DNA of 64,000 bases, taken from NCBI GenBank assembly GCA_964647025.1, contig CAZYFU010000010.1:10047-74046 (forward strand). The letters are read 5' to 3'. Shown here piece by piece: positions 55,537 through 64,000 of this stretch. A program made the translations under genes and the position numbers. This DNA is from an uncultured Myxococcales bacterium (GTDB taxonomy: Bacteria; Myxococcota_A; Polyangia; Fen-1088). Every line of letters starts with the position of its first letter. Positions within the stretch are counted from its first letter, which is position 1. Under the pieces are notes generated by a model. That model ran no database searches. It saw only the letters and a list, made by a program, of their open reading frames with translations, and was not told the DNA's origin.

Positions 55537-58524
55537 GTGAAGGCGCGCGCTGGTTGTGTCCGCAATCACGGATCTGCATTCGTGGGCTTGGCCGTGGTCC
55601 AAGCCGTCCTGGCCGTCGCCTGCGGCGGCCTGAGCGACAAGCCCCGGGCGTTTTCCGTCGCTGAGATTCGCATCAACGAAGTGGTCAGCCAGAACCAAGG
55701 CGTGTGGGTCGACGAGGCCGGCGAGACCGACGACTACGTCGAGCTCATCAACGTCGGCAAGGAGCCCCTCGACCTCGGGGAGTACCTGCTGCGGGACTCG
55801 TCGCGCACGGTGCCGCTGCCGAGGGGCATGCTGAAGCCGAATCAGATTGTCTTGTTGTGGGCCGACGGACAGCCCGAGCAGGGACCGAACCACCTGCGGC
55901 TCAAGATCGACGCCGACGGCGAGGCGCTGGAGCTGATTCGCGCCGGCGTGGTCGTGGACCGCGTGGAGGTCCCGGCCTTGGCCGCGCACCATGCCTACCA
56001 GCGCATCCCCGACGGGACCGGAGCCTTCAGCGACTGTGGTTGGGCCACGCCCGAGCGCGAGAACGGATCCCGTTGCGGTCCTCCGAACACGCCAGAGCTT
56101 CCCGAGGATACGCACTTCGCTGCCTATGCCTGGCCCTCGCCTTGGCCCGCCCGGCCGCAGCCGCTCATGCTCACCGAGCTGGCCTTGCGAGCGGCTGGCT
56201 TCATCGAAGTGCTCAACACCGCCGCCACCGCCGTCGATCTGTCGACCTTCGAGCTTCGTGTCGCGCCTCACAGGGTGGGAGATCCCTGGCCGACCGCCAC
56301 CGACGGCGCCGGGCTCCCCTGGCCGATGCCCACGCTCGCCAGCGGCCAGCGCGCGGTGGTCAGCCTGACCGACGCGGATTTGGTGGCCGTCGCAGCAACA
56401 GGGCGCTTCGAAGGCGTGGTGACCCTCTGGTCGCTCACCGACGGCGCCGCCGTGGACCGGGCAGACTTCTCGTACTATCCCGAGGGCGCAGCGCTGGCGC
56501 GCGTGCCCGATCCTGACGGCGCCTTTCGATTCTGTGTCGCCCCGTCGCCTGGAGCGCCGAACGATGGCTGCGTGGCGCTGCCCTCGCGTCCCGTGGGCGA
56601 TCACCTGCGCGCGCTATCCACGCCGAACGACTTCGCCGCGCTGGCAGCCAGGCGAGGCGACGTGGGCGAATCCGCCGTCGAGTTCGTCATCGACATGACC
56701 TCGGGCGACGTGGTCGCGCTGCTCAATTCGGTCCATTGGGACATCCACTACAGTTTCGTCCGCGAGCACATCCAGGAAGAAGAGCACGTGGATCGTTGCA
56801 GTCCTGACGGGCGGCAGATCTTCAACGCCGGCTGGTACTACTTCAGCTCGACCGAGTACTTCCGCGTGGAGGGGCGACGCTATTTGCTCGGCACGCTGGT
56901 GAAGTACGCGGGTTCGAACCTGCACACGGTCGAGTTCACCCCCGGCGACGTCATCAGCCCCGCGCAGATGCTGCACGCCTTCTACTCGGTCCTGCGTCAC
57001 GTGGACAATCCCACGGCATGGGCCCTGCGACCGCAGGACTCGAGCCAGGTCGAGAGGATGAAGGAGATCGAGGGGCAGGTCCCCATCGTGGACACCAACG
57101 CCCCATTCCGGGGGCTGACCTTCCAGCCGCTGGTACCCACCGTGGGCTACGGGACGCTTCGCTACGTGGATGCCGATGCCATCGAGGCGGCCCATCTCGG
57201 TCCTCGCGACATCCTGGTCACCAACCGCGTGCCGTATGCCATTCCCGTGGTGGCCGGCCTAATCACCGAGGCGTTCCAGACGCCCCTGTCGCACGTCAAT
57301 GTCCTAAGTCGCGGCCGAGGAACGCCAAACATGGCGCTCGAGAACGCCCGCGCCGACGCTCGCGTGCAGGCCCTGCTCGGCAAGTTGGTTCGGCTGGAGG
57401 TTCGAGGGGCCGACTTCCTGTTGGCCGAAGCCGATCCCGCCGAGGCACTCGCGTTCTGGGACGCACACAAGCCCGAGGGACCGGCCGCGATTCCGCGGCT
57501 CGACACCAGCGTGCGTGGCCTCGTGTCGCTCGACGGGCGCGGGATCGAGGACACGCCCTCGGTCGGGAGCAAGGCGGCGCAGTTGGCCGAGCTCGGGCGT
57601 ATCCAGCTGTGTTCACCGTCCGCGGCCGATGCCCCGGAGCCGCGGATTCCCACGGGGGCCTTCGCGATTCCCTTCGCACACTCGCTGGAGCACTTCGAGC
57701 GCAGCGGTGCCAATGCACGCCTGGAAGAGTTGCGCCAGGATCCGGGCTTCCAGGCCGATCCGGCGGTACGCGAGGCGGGGCTTGGCCTGGTCCAGGCCGA
57801 CATCCTGTCGGCTGCCGTGGACGCGGAGTTGCTCGCGTCGGTTCGGGAACGAATCAATGCCACCTGGCCCGGCCAGCGTGTACGGTTCCGCAGCAGCAGC
57901 AACACCGAGGACCTGCCGGAATTCAACGGCGCCGGCCTCTATACTTCTGAAGGGATTGACTGGGACGCCTCGTACGACGAGCTGGCCACCGCGATCCGCA
58001 CCGTGTGGGCCAGCCTGTGGACGCCCCGGGCCTACGCCGAGCGCGAGTACTACAACATCGACCAGAGCGGGGTAGCCATGGCGGTTTTGGTGCACGAGGC
58101 ATTCTCGTCGGAACGAGCCAACGGCGTGGCCATCAGCCGCGACATCCTCGAACCATCCCGGGGCGACAAGTTCTACATCAACGCGCAGGTGGGCGAGGCC
58201 GCCGTGACGAACCCCGCGCCCGGCGTGGCGAGCGACGAGTTCACCTACTCGCTGTCGCGCTCTCCGCACATCGAGATGCGTTCGGTGAGCAGCCTGAACC
58301 GCGGGGTGCCCGTGTTGTCCGTCAGCGAGGTCTACGTGGTGGCCTGCAGCCTGGAGCGGATCCACGAGCACTTCCGACAGCTCATCGACCCCGAGCAGAA
58401 GAATGCCTGGTTCGCGATGGACATCGAGTGGAAGCTGATGGGGCCGCAGAGGCAACTGGTGGTCAAGCAGGCGCGGCCGTACTCGTTCGGGGAGGATGCG
58501 CCGGTCGGGTGGTGTGATCTTTGA
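55537..58524 (+). CDS. exported/lipoprotein multidomain protein: two lamin-tail domains + unknown domain + phosphohistidine (PEP-utilisers mobile) domain + C-terminal PPDK_N ATP-grasp domain (glucan-water-dikinase-like permuted order)
   Basis: GTG start. Signal peptide with lipobox-like LAVACGG. LTD1 SVAEIRINEVVSQNQGVWVDEAGETDDYVELINVGKEPLDLGEYLL. LTD2 LMLTELALRAAGFIEVLNTAATAVDLSTFELRV. His domain GPRDILVTNRVPYAIPVVAGLITEAFQTPLSHVNVLSRGRGTPNM. ATP-grasp SVGSKAAQLAELG...RVRFRSSSNTEDLPEFNGAGLYTS...QVGEAAVTN. Confidence 0.75.
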   Translation: MKARAGCVRNHGSAFVGLAVVQAVLAVACGGLSDKPRAFSVAEIRINEVVSQNQGVWVDEAGETDDYVELINVGKEPLDLGEYLLRDSSRTVPLPRGMLKPNQIVLLWADGQPEQGPNHLRLKIDADGEALELIRAGVVVDRVEVPALAAHHAYQRIPDGTGAFSDCGWATPERENGSRCGPPNTPELPEDTHFAAYAWPSPWPARPQPLMLTELALRAAGFIEVLNTAATAVDLSTFELRVAPHRVGDPWPTATDGAGLPWPMPTLASGQRAVVSLTDADLVAVAATGRFEGVVTLWSLTDGAAVDRADFSYYPEGAALARVPDPDGAFRFCVAPSPGAPNDGCVALPSRPVGDHLRALSTPNDFAALAARRGDVGESAVEFVIDMTSGDVVALLNSVHWDIHYSFVREHIQEEEHVDRCSPDGRQIFNAGWYYFSSTEYFRVEGRRYLLGTLVKYAGSNLHTVEFTPGDVISPAQMLHAFYSVLRHVDNPTAWALRPQDSSQVERMKEIEGQVPIVDTNAPFRGLTFQPLVPTVGYGTLRYVDADAIEAAHLGPRDILVTNRVPYAIPVVAGLITEAFQTPLSHVNVLSRGRGTPNMALENARADARVQALLGKLVRLEVRGADFLLAEADPAEALAFWDAHKPEGPAAIPRLDTSVRGLVSLDGRGIEDTPSVGSKAAQLAELGRIQLCSPSAADAPEPRIPTGAFAIPFAHSLEHFERSGANARLEELRQDPGFQADPAVREAGLGLVQADILSAAVDAELLASVRERINATWPGQRVRFRSSSNTEDLPEFNGAGLYTSEGIDWDASYDELATAIRTVWASLWTPRAYAEREYYNIDQSGVAMAVLVHEAFSSERANGVAISRDILEPSRGDKFYINAQVGEAAVTNPAPGVASDEFTYSLSRSPHIEMRSVSSLNRGVPVLSVSEVYVVACSLERIHEHFRQLIDPEQKNAWFAMDIEWKLMGPQRQLVVKQARPYSFGEDAPVGWCDL

Positions 58525-58608
58525 CGGGAAGGCGAGCGCCTCGTCGTCTGCGGCAGCGTCAGTTTTGCTGGAACCGACCGAGCGTGGCCGGGCACCTGGT
58601 CGGCCGAT

Positions 58609-60006
58609 TCAAGGAATCAGCTTGCCCGCCTCGCTCAGCACCTTGAGGATTCGCGGATCGTTGCGCAGGTCGGGCTCTGACGTCCCGGCTCGCGGCGGGT
58701 AGATGGGAAAGCCATCGGCGAGGATATCCTCGAATCCGACGCGCGCCACGCGTGGGGCGTAGGCCGAGATGATGCTTTGGAAGACGCCGAGGTAGATGCG
58801 CTCGCCGTCGGCCTCGACGACGAATGGCATGCCGGGCGCGCTGCTGGTCACCTTGCTGGCCAAGGTCGTTCCGGAGAAGAGCATGGTGTTGAGGCCGACC
58901 CAGTTGCAGGCAGCCTGGCCGTTTTCGCTGCACGCCTTGGTGTCGGCGTCGACGTAGTCGATGTCCATCAGATCCAGCAGCGGGGTATTGGCTAGCTGCA
59001 GGGACTGGAGATCTTTTGTCTCGACGGACGAAATGGCGACGTTGGAATCGCTGAGCGGCAGGAATCGCAACCGGCTTGCCCATCCGTGTGGCGCGACGGG
59101 AACGCCGGGCACATACACCTGGGTGCCCGAGAAGGGGCTGGCCGGATCGTCCACCGAAAGGCACGCGCCCAAGGTCCACGCATCATCGCTCAAAGGTCGG
59201 CCACCGATGAAGACCGACCCTGTCACTACCGAATCCTTGGCGACCGCAGCGTCGTTCGACACGGAGCTTGTCCTCAGGGTCGCCATGATCGGGGCCCAAG
59301 TCGAAGGCACGGGGATGACGCCACCGCCTTCGATGTTCCCCCGAATGCTCACCACCACCTCGAAGTCTTGCCCCACGGCTTCGCTGGTGTGAACCCGGGC
59401 CGCGTAGACCTGGCAGCAGCTCAGGAAGGGATCGGTCCACTTGGTGGTCGCCGACGCTTCGTACGTCTTGCCCGCGTAAAGCACCTTGCTTTGGCTGCCC
59501 ACGCAGAAGTCGGCCAACGCCGAGCCCACCTCGCCCCAGCCGCCGTCGACGATGGACCCGCCGTCCACGAAGAGCGTGGGAGCATCCGCCACATCGACCG
59601 GCACGTCTGCTCGATCGGTCGTATCGATGCCAGCGTCGGGTTGCCTGCCGCCAGCCCCAGCCGTGGCGGCATCCATGGTCGAGCCAGCCCCGCCGCCGGT
59701 CCCGGGACCAACCACGGTCGCCCCCGCGGCGCCGCCCGAGCCGCTGAGCGTACCGCCCGAGCCAGCGCCCGATGCGCCACCGCTCCCGGTTGGCCAACCG
59801 CCGTTCCCGCTGGGCGCATCAACATCTGTCGAGCCTCCGTGCCCGGAGGCGCCGCCTGACGACGCAAGGATGCCGTCGGTACCGGTGGAGGCATCCACCG
59901 TCGGCTTCTTCAAGGTGCTCGAGCTACAAGCACAAAGCCAGATCCCGACGCCGATGATCGTGTGGATGATTCCGCGCTTCGTTGCCGCCGCTGCCGTGTT
60001 GCGCAT
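58609..60006 (-). CDS. hypothetical lipoprotein with Gly/Ser/Ala-rich linker and C-terminal domain of unknown function
   Basis: ATG at 60006 (MRNTAAAATKRGIIHTIIGVGIWLCACSS lipobox), a low-complexity linker of about 90 aa, then a globular domain of about 330 aa. Convergent with the dikinase-like gene, with a possible hairpin (ccgacc...ggtcgg) in the 84-nt gap. The upstream 191 codons of the ORF are rejected. Confidence 0.55.
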   Translation of the reverse strand: MRNTAAAATKRGIIHTIIGVGIWLCACSSSTLKKPTVDASTGTDGILASSGGASGHGGSTDVDAPSGNGGWPTGSGGASGAGSGGTLSGSGGAAGATVVGPGTGGGAGSTMDAATAGAGGRQPDAGIDTTDRADVPVDVADAPTLFVDGGSIVDGGWGEVGSALADFCVGSQSKVLYAGKTYEASATTKWTDPFLSCCQVYAARVHTSEAVGQDFEVVVSIRGNIEGGGVIPVPSTWAPIMATLRTSSVSNDAAVAKDSVVTGSVFIGGRPLSDDAWTLGACLSVDDPASPFSGTQVYVPGVPVAPHGWASRLRFLPLSDSNVAISSVETKDLQSLQLANTPLLDLMDIDYVDADTKACSENGQAACNWVGLNTMLFSGTTLASKVTSSAPGMPFVVEADGERIYLGVFQSIISAYAPRVARVGFEDILADGFPIYPPRAGTSEPDLRNDPRILKVLSEAGKLIP

Positions 60007-60159
60007 GCATGCCTCGCTCGCCAAGGGAGATGGATGCGCGATCTTTCGACGGATACCGACGAGCGTCAACCCCGGATGCTGCCCTGGACGCGCTGTTCGT
60101 GATCGTCGGCACGGCGCCGTCACTTGTTCCGTGCGCCGAGGCTCTCTACACTCGCGAGG

Positions 60160-60705
60160 ATGTCGCCCATCCTTCCTGCCCTCGTGGCGATCGCGGCGGT
60201 GTTCTCGGGAGTCTCGGTGGCTTCCGCCCAGGTTGGACGCGAACGCTCGATCTGTCCCACTGGTGCCAAGCTGGCGCCCAAGCGGACGCAGGCGGTGCTT
60301 CGACGGCTTGGGGCGCACGCGGAAGGCAAGGGGCTGCGGGACGCGCTCGGAAGCCAGCCCGTCGTCTGCTACGGGAACGTGCCGGAGGGCGTCTTGCACA
60401 CCAATGGTGTCGTGGTCCTGCAAAAGGATCACGCCGTCTCTGCCAACGCGGCCCGCCTGGGGCACCTGGTATTCCATCTCGTCCACGGCTTTCCACTCGA
60501 CGAGGAGCAGGCCCGCGCCGGTGCCGTCGGCTGCGACGAGCTGGTGAAGATCGCCGACCGCGCCGAGCACGCGGCGCACACGCTCGAGAACACCCTACGT
60601 CTGGCCTTTGGTCTTCCGCCCCTCGCGTTCGAGGATCTGTCGGGCGCCTACCGGCAGCGTTGCGAAGCGCTTCGCGAGCATTCGACGGGGCGGCCATCGC
60701 TGTGA
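60160..60705 (+). CDS. hypothetical secreted protein
   Basis: MSPILPALVAIAAVFSGVSVASAQ signal peptide. High GC3. No motif recognised. Start ambiguous (TTG 60124 or ATG 60160). Confidence 0.45.
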   Translation: MSPILPALVAIAAVFSGVSVASAQVGRERSICPTGAKLAPKRTQAVLRRLGAHAEGKGLRDALGSQPVVCYGNVPEGVLHTNGVVVLQKDHAVSANAARLGHLVFHLVHGFPLDEEQARAGAVGCDELVKIADRAEHAAHTLENTLRLAFGLPPLAFEDLSGAYRQRCEALREHSTGRPSL

Positions 60706-60769
60706 CTGCCCTTACAACCTGATCGCCGCCAATCCCCGCGGCCGTGGTACTTTTCCGGCGGAGGACAAC

Positions 60770-61807
60770 ATGCGCAGCCTGCTTCTCGCGACCACCGTCG
60801 GCGTCCTGTGTCTCGGCACGCCGGTCTTGGCCGACGTGGTTCCGCCTCCGCCAGAATCTTGCCCTGCGGGCTCGATGCCGACCACCAGCCACGGCGGCGC
60901 TTACTGCCGGGCCCAGGTTTGCAACGTGCCCCAGGATTGTCCCAAGGACTTGAGCTGTCAGGAGGTCTCGGCGTGTACGACCACGTTCAACTGTGGGGGC
61001 CGCCGCCTCCCCGACGCAGCGCCGCCCCAATGCACGGAGCTCGAAGGCCTTTGTCCGTCGGTCGGGCAATGTGACCATGGCACCGCCTGCAAGCCGATGC
61101 GTTTGTGCTTGCCCGCCACGAGCACGGTGACTGCTTCGACCACGGCCACGGCGACCCCGGGGACGACGGCGACGCTGACCGTCACCGTGCCCTCGACCAT
61201 CGTCACCAGCACGACGACGACGATTGCCACCACCGCCACCTTGGTCGGGATGATCCCCACGGGCACCCGGACGGCGACACTCGCGACCAACGGCACCACG
61301 GTGACCCGAACCGAGGAGCTGACCGCCACCGGAACCATCACCACGAGGACCGTCGCGTCCACCAACACCACGACGATCATCTACACCACGGGCACCGCCA
61401 CCATGACCACGGTGTGGCCCACGGGAACGGCGACTGGCACCGGAACCAAGACGTTCACGGTTCCGGTGCCATCGATGACCGGCTCGTCGACCTTCACGAT
61501 TCCGGGAACCACCACCACCACGACCACGGAGACAACCGCGGTCACATCCACGGCGACCGCGACACCGGTTCCGACCTCCACCGCGACGGCGACCGATACG
61601 GCCACGACGACCCATACCGTGCAAGGCACCTCGCCAGCGACGGACACCATCACGGCAGTGGCCAGCCAAGATGCCGGCCCGTCCCGACCTGCGGCTTCGC
61701 TGGGCGGCCAGGGGTGCACCTGCTCGTTCGCCCGCGGCGGTTCGTCCGCGGCCTGGCTTGTGCTCGCGCTGGCGACGCTGCTGGCGATTCGCCGTCGCCG
61801 CCGCTGA
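60770..61807 (+). CDS. secreted Cys-rich / Thr-rich (mucin-like) cell-surface protein with MYXO-CTERM-type C-terminal sorting signal
   Basis: Signal peptide MRSLLLATTVGVLCLGTPVLA. Cys-rich N-domain (12 Cys). A low-complexity Thr/Ala/Gly region of about 180 aa. C-terminus GQGCTCSFARGGSSAAWLVLALATLLAIRRRRR (GC-x-CS + TM + Arg cluster, i.e. MYXO-CTERM). Confidence 0.7.
   Translation: MRSLLLATTVGVLCLGTPVLADVVPPPPESCPAGSMPTTSHGGAYCRAQVCNVPQDCPKDLSCQEVSACTTTFNCGGRRLPDAAPPQCTELEGLCPSVGQCDHGTACKPMRLCLPATSTVTASTTATATPGTTATLTVTVPSTIVTSTTTTIATTATLVGMIPTGTRTATLATNGTTVTRTEELTATGTITTRTVASTNTTTIIYTTGTATMTTVWPTGTATGTGTKTFTVPVPSMTGSSTFTIPGTTTTTTTETTAVTSTATATPVPTSTATATDTATTTHTVQGTSPATDTITAVASQDAGPSRPAASLGGQGCTCSFARGGSSAAWLVLALATLLAIRRRRR
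61130..61640. repeat. ACC/ACG (Thr) codon-rich low-complexity coding region
   Basis: Long runs of accacg/accgcc/acggcgac encode TATATPGTTATLTVTVPSTIVTSTTTTIATTATL… in the MYXO-CTERM protein. Confidence 0.6.
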
Positions 61808-61972
61808 TCGGGAGCGTCTGCTTCTGCTGGAAAGCATGCCCGGCCGTAAGCCTTGAGTTTTCGGGACGGCCTTCTTCTCGGCTCGTGTGCGTCGGCGTGA
61901 TCGGAGGAGCCATCTACTACGCCACGCGCATTCATCGCTCCACCTGTGCGCAGAACGAATAGGATCACGACC

Positions 61973-62463
61973 ATGGCCGACCCTAAGGACCAAGATACCC
62001 AGGCCGACGCGAGCCAGGAATGCACCGCGCTGGTCGATCGGACCAACCAGTCCGTCCTTCTCCGCTCGGGCTATACCCTAGCGTGCAATCGCGAGAACGA
62101 GGACGACGTGTTGTCCGTCATCGGACAAGACGGAACCATCTGTCTGCGCATGACCCTCGGCAAGGAGGGGCCGCTCGTGGAGATGCGAACGCGTTCGTTC
62201 AAGCTGGCCGCCACCGAGGAGCTTCTCGAGCAGTCCATCGGCGGAGATATCCGGATGCAGGCTGGGGGGGCATTCACTCGGAGGCACACGCGCAAAGGAT
62301 CGAGGCGCGACTCGGCGATATCGAGTTGCGCGCGAACGACGACGTCGCCCTGGACGGAGAACAGATTCGACTGAATTCGCCGCGGCCCGCCGAGCCCCGG
62401 TCACCTGGCCTCTGCTCTCTCAAGGGACCGGCACGCCACCCGCGGTCGACGATCCGATCCTGA
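61973..62463 (+). CDS. hypothetical protein with apparent frameshift at a G7 homopolymer (possible pseudogene or sequencing error)
   Basis: agga RBS 8 nt upstream of the ATG. Frame 2 reads MADPKDQDTQ...EELLEQSIGGDIRMQAGG up to the G7 run at 62264-62270. After it the protein-like reading continues in frame 1 (IHSEAHAQRIEARLGDIELRANDDVALDGEQIRLNSPR... stop at 62463), while frame 2 becomes R/S/T-rich junk (stop at 62374). Confidence 0.35.
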
Positions 62464-62622
62464 ATCTCGACAAGACAAAAGAGTAGCCGCCGCTGTTCGC
62501 CCGGGGGGCCTGGTGCCGCCGTCGAAGCGGGCACGACGACATCCCATCTTGCGTCACGCGGTCCATCGGCTCTGCGCGCGACACCCGTGCCACCCCCGAA
62601 GCAAGCAAGGTAGACTCGTTTC

Positions 62623-64000
62623 GTGTCCGAAGTCGACGACCCCGAAGCCCCGACGCCCGAGCTGCGCGACGCCGAAGTAGCGCCCGCCGAGCGCAGCCTC
62701 GCTGAGATTCTCGAACGCCTGCCCACGAGCCCGGGCGTGTACCTGATGAAGGACAAGCGCGGCAAGATCATCTACGTCGGCAAGGCGGCCAACCTGCGCA
62801 CGCGGGTGCGCCAGTACTTCCAGCCGGCCAGCGGCGATACGCGCGCCTTCGTGCCGCTGCTGGAAGGCATCATCGCCGACATCGAGACCGTGGTGACCGG
62901 TAACGAGAAGGAAGCACTGCTGCTGGAGAACAACCTCATCAAGCAGCACCAGCCGCGCTTCAACGTCAAGCTGACCGACGACAAGAACTACCTCGTGCTG
63001 CGCCTGGACCCACGCGCAGAGTGGCCGAGGCTGGAGGTGGTGCGCAAGATCGCCGACGACGGCGCGTACTACTACGGGCCGTATCACTCGGCGACCTCGT
63101 GTCGCGAGGCGCTGCGCGTGGTGAACCGCCACTTCCAGCTTCGCATCTGCACCGACCATACGCTGCACAGCCGCCAGCGTCCGTGTCTGCAGTACCAGAT
63201 CAAGCGTTGTCTGGCGCCGTGCGTGCTGCCGGTGCCGTCGGGGGACTACGCCGAGCAGGTGCGCTTCGTCGGGCTGTTTCTCGAAGGCAAGAGCGACGAA
63301 CTCTTGCGCGATCTGCACGTGCGTATGAAAGAGGCGTCGTCACAGATGGCGTTCGAGCGCGCGGCGACGCTTCGCGATCAGATCCGCGCGCTGGAGTCGG
63401 TGCTGGAATCGCAACGCGTGGTGCTGGACACCTTCGTCGACCAGGACGTCGTGGGCTTTCACCGAGAAGGCCACGCGGTGGAGGTCGTGGTGATGTTCGT
63501 CCGACAAGGGAAGCTGGTGGGCAACCGCGCGTTCTCCTTCGCCAGGCAGGAGTTCCCCGACGACGAGATCCTGTCGAGCTTCGTCGGGTTGTTCTACGAC
63601 CTGCAGGCCACGCCGCCCGCCGAGGTGTTGCTGCCGTTCGCCATCGCCGACACCGAGGTGAAGGAGGATTGGCTGTCGGAGAAGCGCGGCAAGAAGGTCG
63701 AGGTCATCTCGCCCCAGCGCGGGCCTCGGCGCGCCCTGATGGAGCTTGCCCAGAAGAATGCGTCGGCCAGCTTCGTGTCTCGTCGCGACCGCAGCAAGGA
63801 CAGCGCGGCCACCCTGGCGCGCCTGCAGCGGCGCCTGGGCTTGGCCAAACCGCCGCGCACCATCGAGTGTTTCGACATCTCGCACGTGCAGGGCACGGAT
63901 CCCGTGGCGTCCATGGTCGTGTTCGAGGACGGCGAGCCCGCGCGCGGGCGCTACCGCACCTATCGGATCAAGCACGCCACCGGTGGCGACGACTTCGCGT
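62623..64000 (+). CDS. uvrC: excinuclease ABC subunit C (UvrC), 3'-partial (continues beyond window)
   Basis: GTG is the first start codon after the in-frame stop at 62611. GIY-YIG domain GVYLMKDKRGKIIYVGKAANLRTRVRQYF...EALLLENNLIKQHQPRFN, the UvrBC-interacting region, and further UvrC-conserved blocks. Open to the window end. Confidence 0.9.
   Translation, partial: MSEVDDPEAPTPELRDAEVAPAERSLAEILERLPTSPGVYLMKDKRGKIIYVGKAANLRTRVRQYFQPASGDTRAFVPLLEGIIADIETVVTGNEKEALLLENNLIKQHQPRFNVKLTDDKNYLVLRLDPRAEWPRLEVVRKIADDGAYYYGPYHSATSCREALRVVNRHFQLRICTDHTLHSRQRPCLQYQIKRCLAPCVLPVPSGDYAEQVRFVGLFLEGKSDELLRDLHVRMKEASSQMAFERAATLRDQIRALESVLESQRVVLDTFVDQDVVGFHREGHAVEVVVMFVRQGKLVGNRAFSFARQEFPDDEILSSFVGLFYDLQATPPAEVLLPFAIADTEVKEDWLSEKRGKKVEVISPQRGPRRALMELAQKNASASFVSRRDRSKDSAATLARLQRRLGLAKPPRTIECFDISHVQGTDPVASMVVFEDGEPARGRYRTYRIKHATGGDDFA

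Noticed and set aside
54093-55565. 490-aa minus-strand ORF
   Set aside because: Only the C-terminal 255 aa (from MLRVLFRILAG at 54860) form the MBL-fold hydrolase. The upstream part is out-of-frame read-through opposite the tsaA gene.
56895-56915. tRNA T-arm-like string gggttcgaacc
   Set aside because: It is embedded in the coding sequence of the LTD/dikinase-like gene, with no flanking acceptor or anticodon stems. No tRNA genes were found anywhere in the window.

Overview
High-GC (about 70%) chromosomal window with a strongly myxobacterial (Myxococcota, Polyangiaceae/Sorangium-like) signature. This call rests on Myxococcales-type Cys-rich repeats (CGDG...EECDDGN...GDGCS), a MYXO-CTERM-like tail (GCTCS...TM...RRRRR), many lipoproteins, and a GH45 cellulase. 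No rRNA, tRNA, CRISPR array or mobile element was found. Gene order from the left end: a 5'-truncated lipoprotein with an apparent frameshift; a secreted Cys-rich/Lys-Glu-rich protein; a heat-shock cluster lon / cbpA-like J-protein / clpB (minus strand); an S41 peptidase lipoprotein with an exported partner; a translationally coupled deaminase-yggS-maf trio; a HydE/PylB/BioB-like radical SAM enzyme; metY; an XRE-cupin regulator divergent from a GH45 endoglucanase that carries an ShK-like module and Gly/Ser linkers; a Cys-rich-repeat PA14/fibro-slime-like secreted protein; serS; ihfB-like; a PPDK_N/PEP-utilising (rifampicin-phosphotransferase-like) enzyme; several hypothetical membrane/lipoproteins; acyl-CoA dehydrogenase; a U32 peptidase; an SRPBCC protein; a lipoprotein/TPR/PEGA operon downstream of PBP1A; an OMP-like protein; DUF763; a FlgM-like anti-sigma factor plus a FliA/WhiG-type sigma factor, preceded by a sigma-54-like promoter element and an NtrC-family response regulator whose GAFTGA loop is degenerate; crcB; a partial complex I cluster (fused nuoE-F, then nuoJKLMN); a Zn-ribbon membrane protein plus CtpA; an MBL-fold hydrolase; tsaA; a lipoprotein with lamin-tail domains and a permuted phosphohistidine-then-ATP-grasp (glucan-water-dikinase-like) architecture; cell-surface proteins including a Thr-rich MYXO-CTERM protein; and the 5' part of uvrC. 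Many long ORFs in the six-frame track are antisense or frame artefacts of the high GC content and were rejected. The most unusual items are (i) the secreted lamin-tail-domain dikinase-like protein, (ii) the degenerate sigma-54 activator / sigma-54 promoter / FliA-FlgM module, and (iii) the GH45 + ShK + Cys-rich-repeat secreted-protein neighbourhood.
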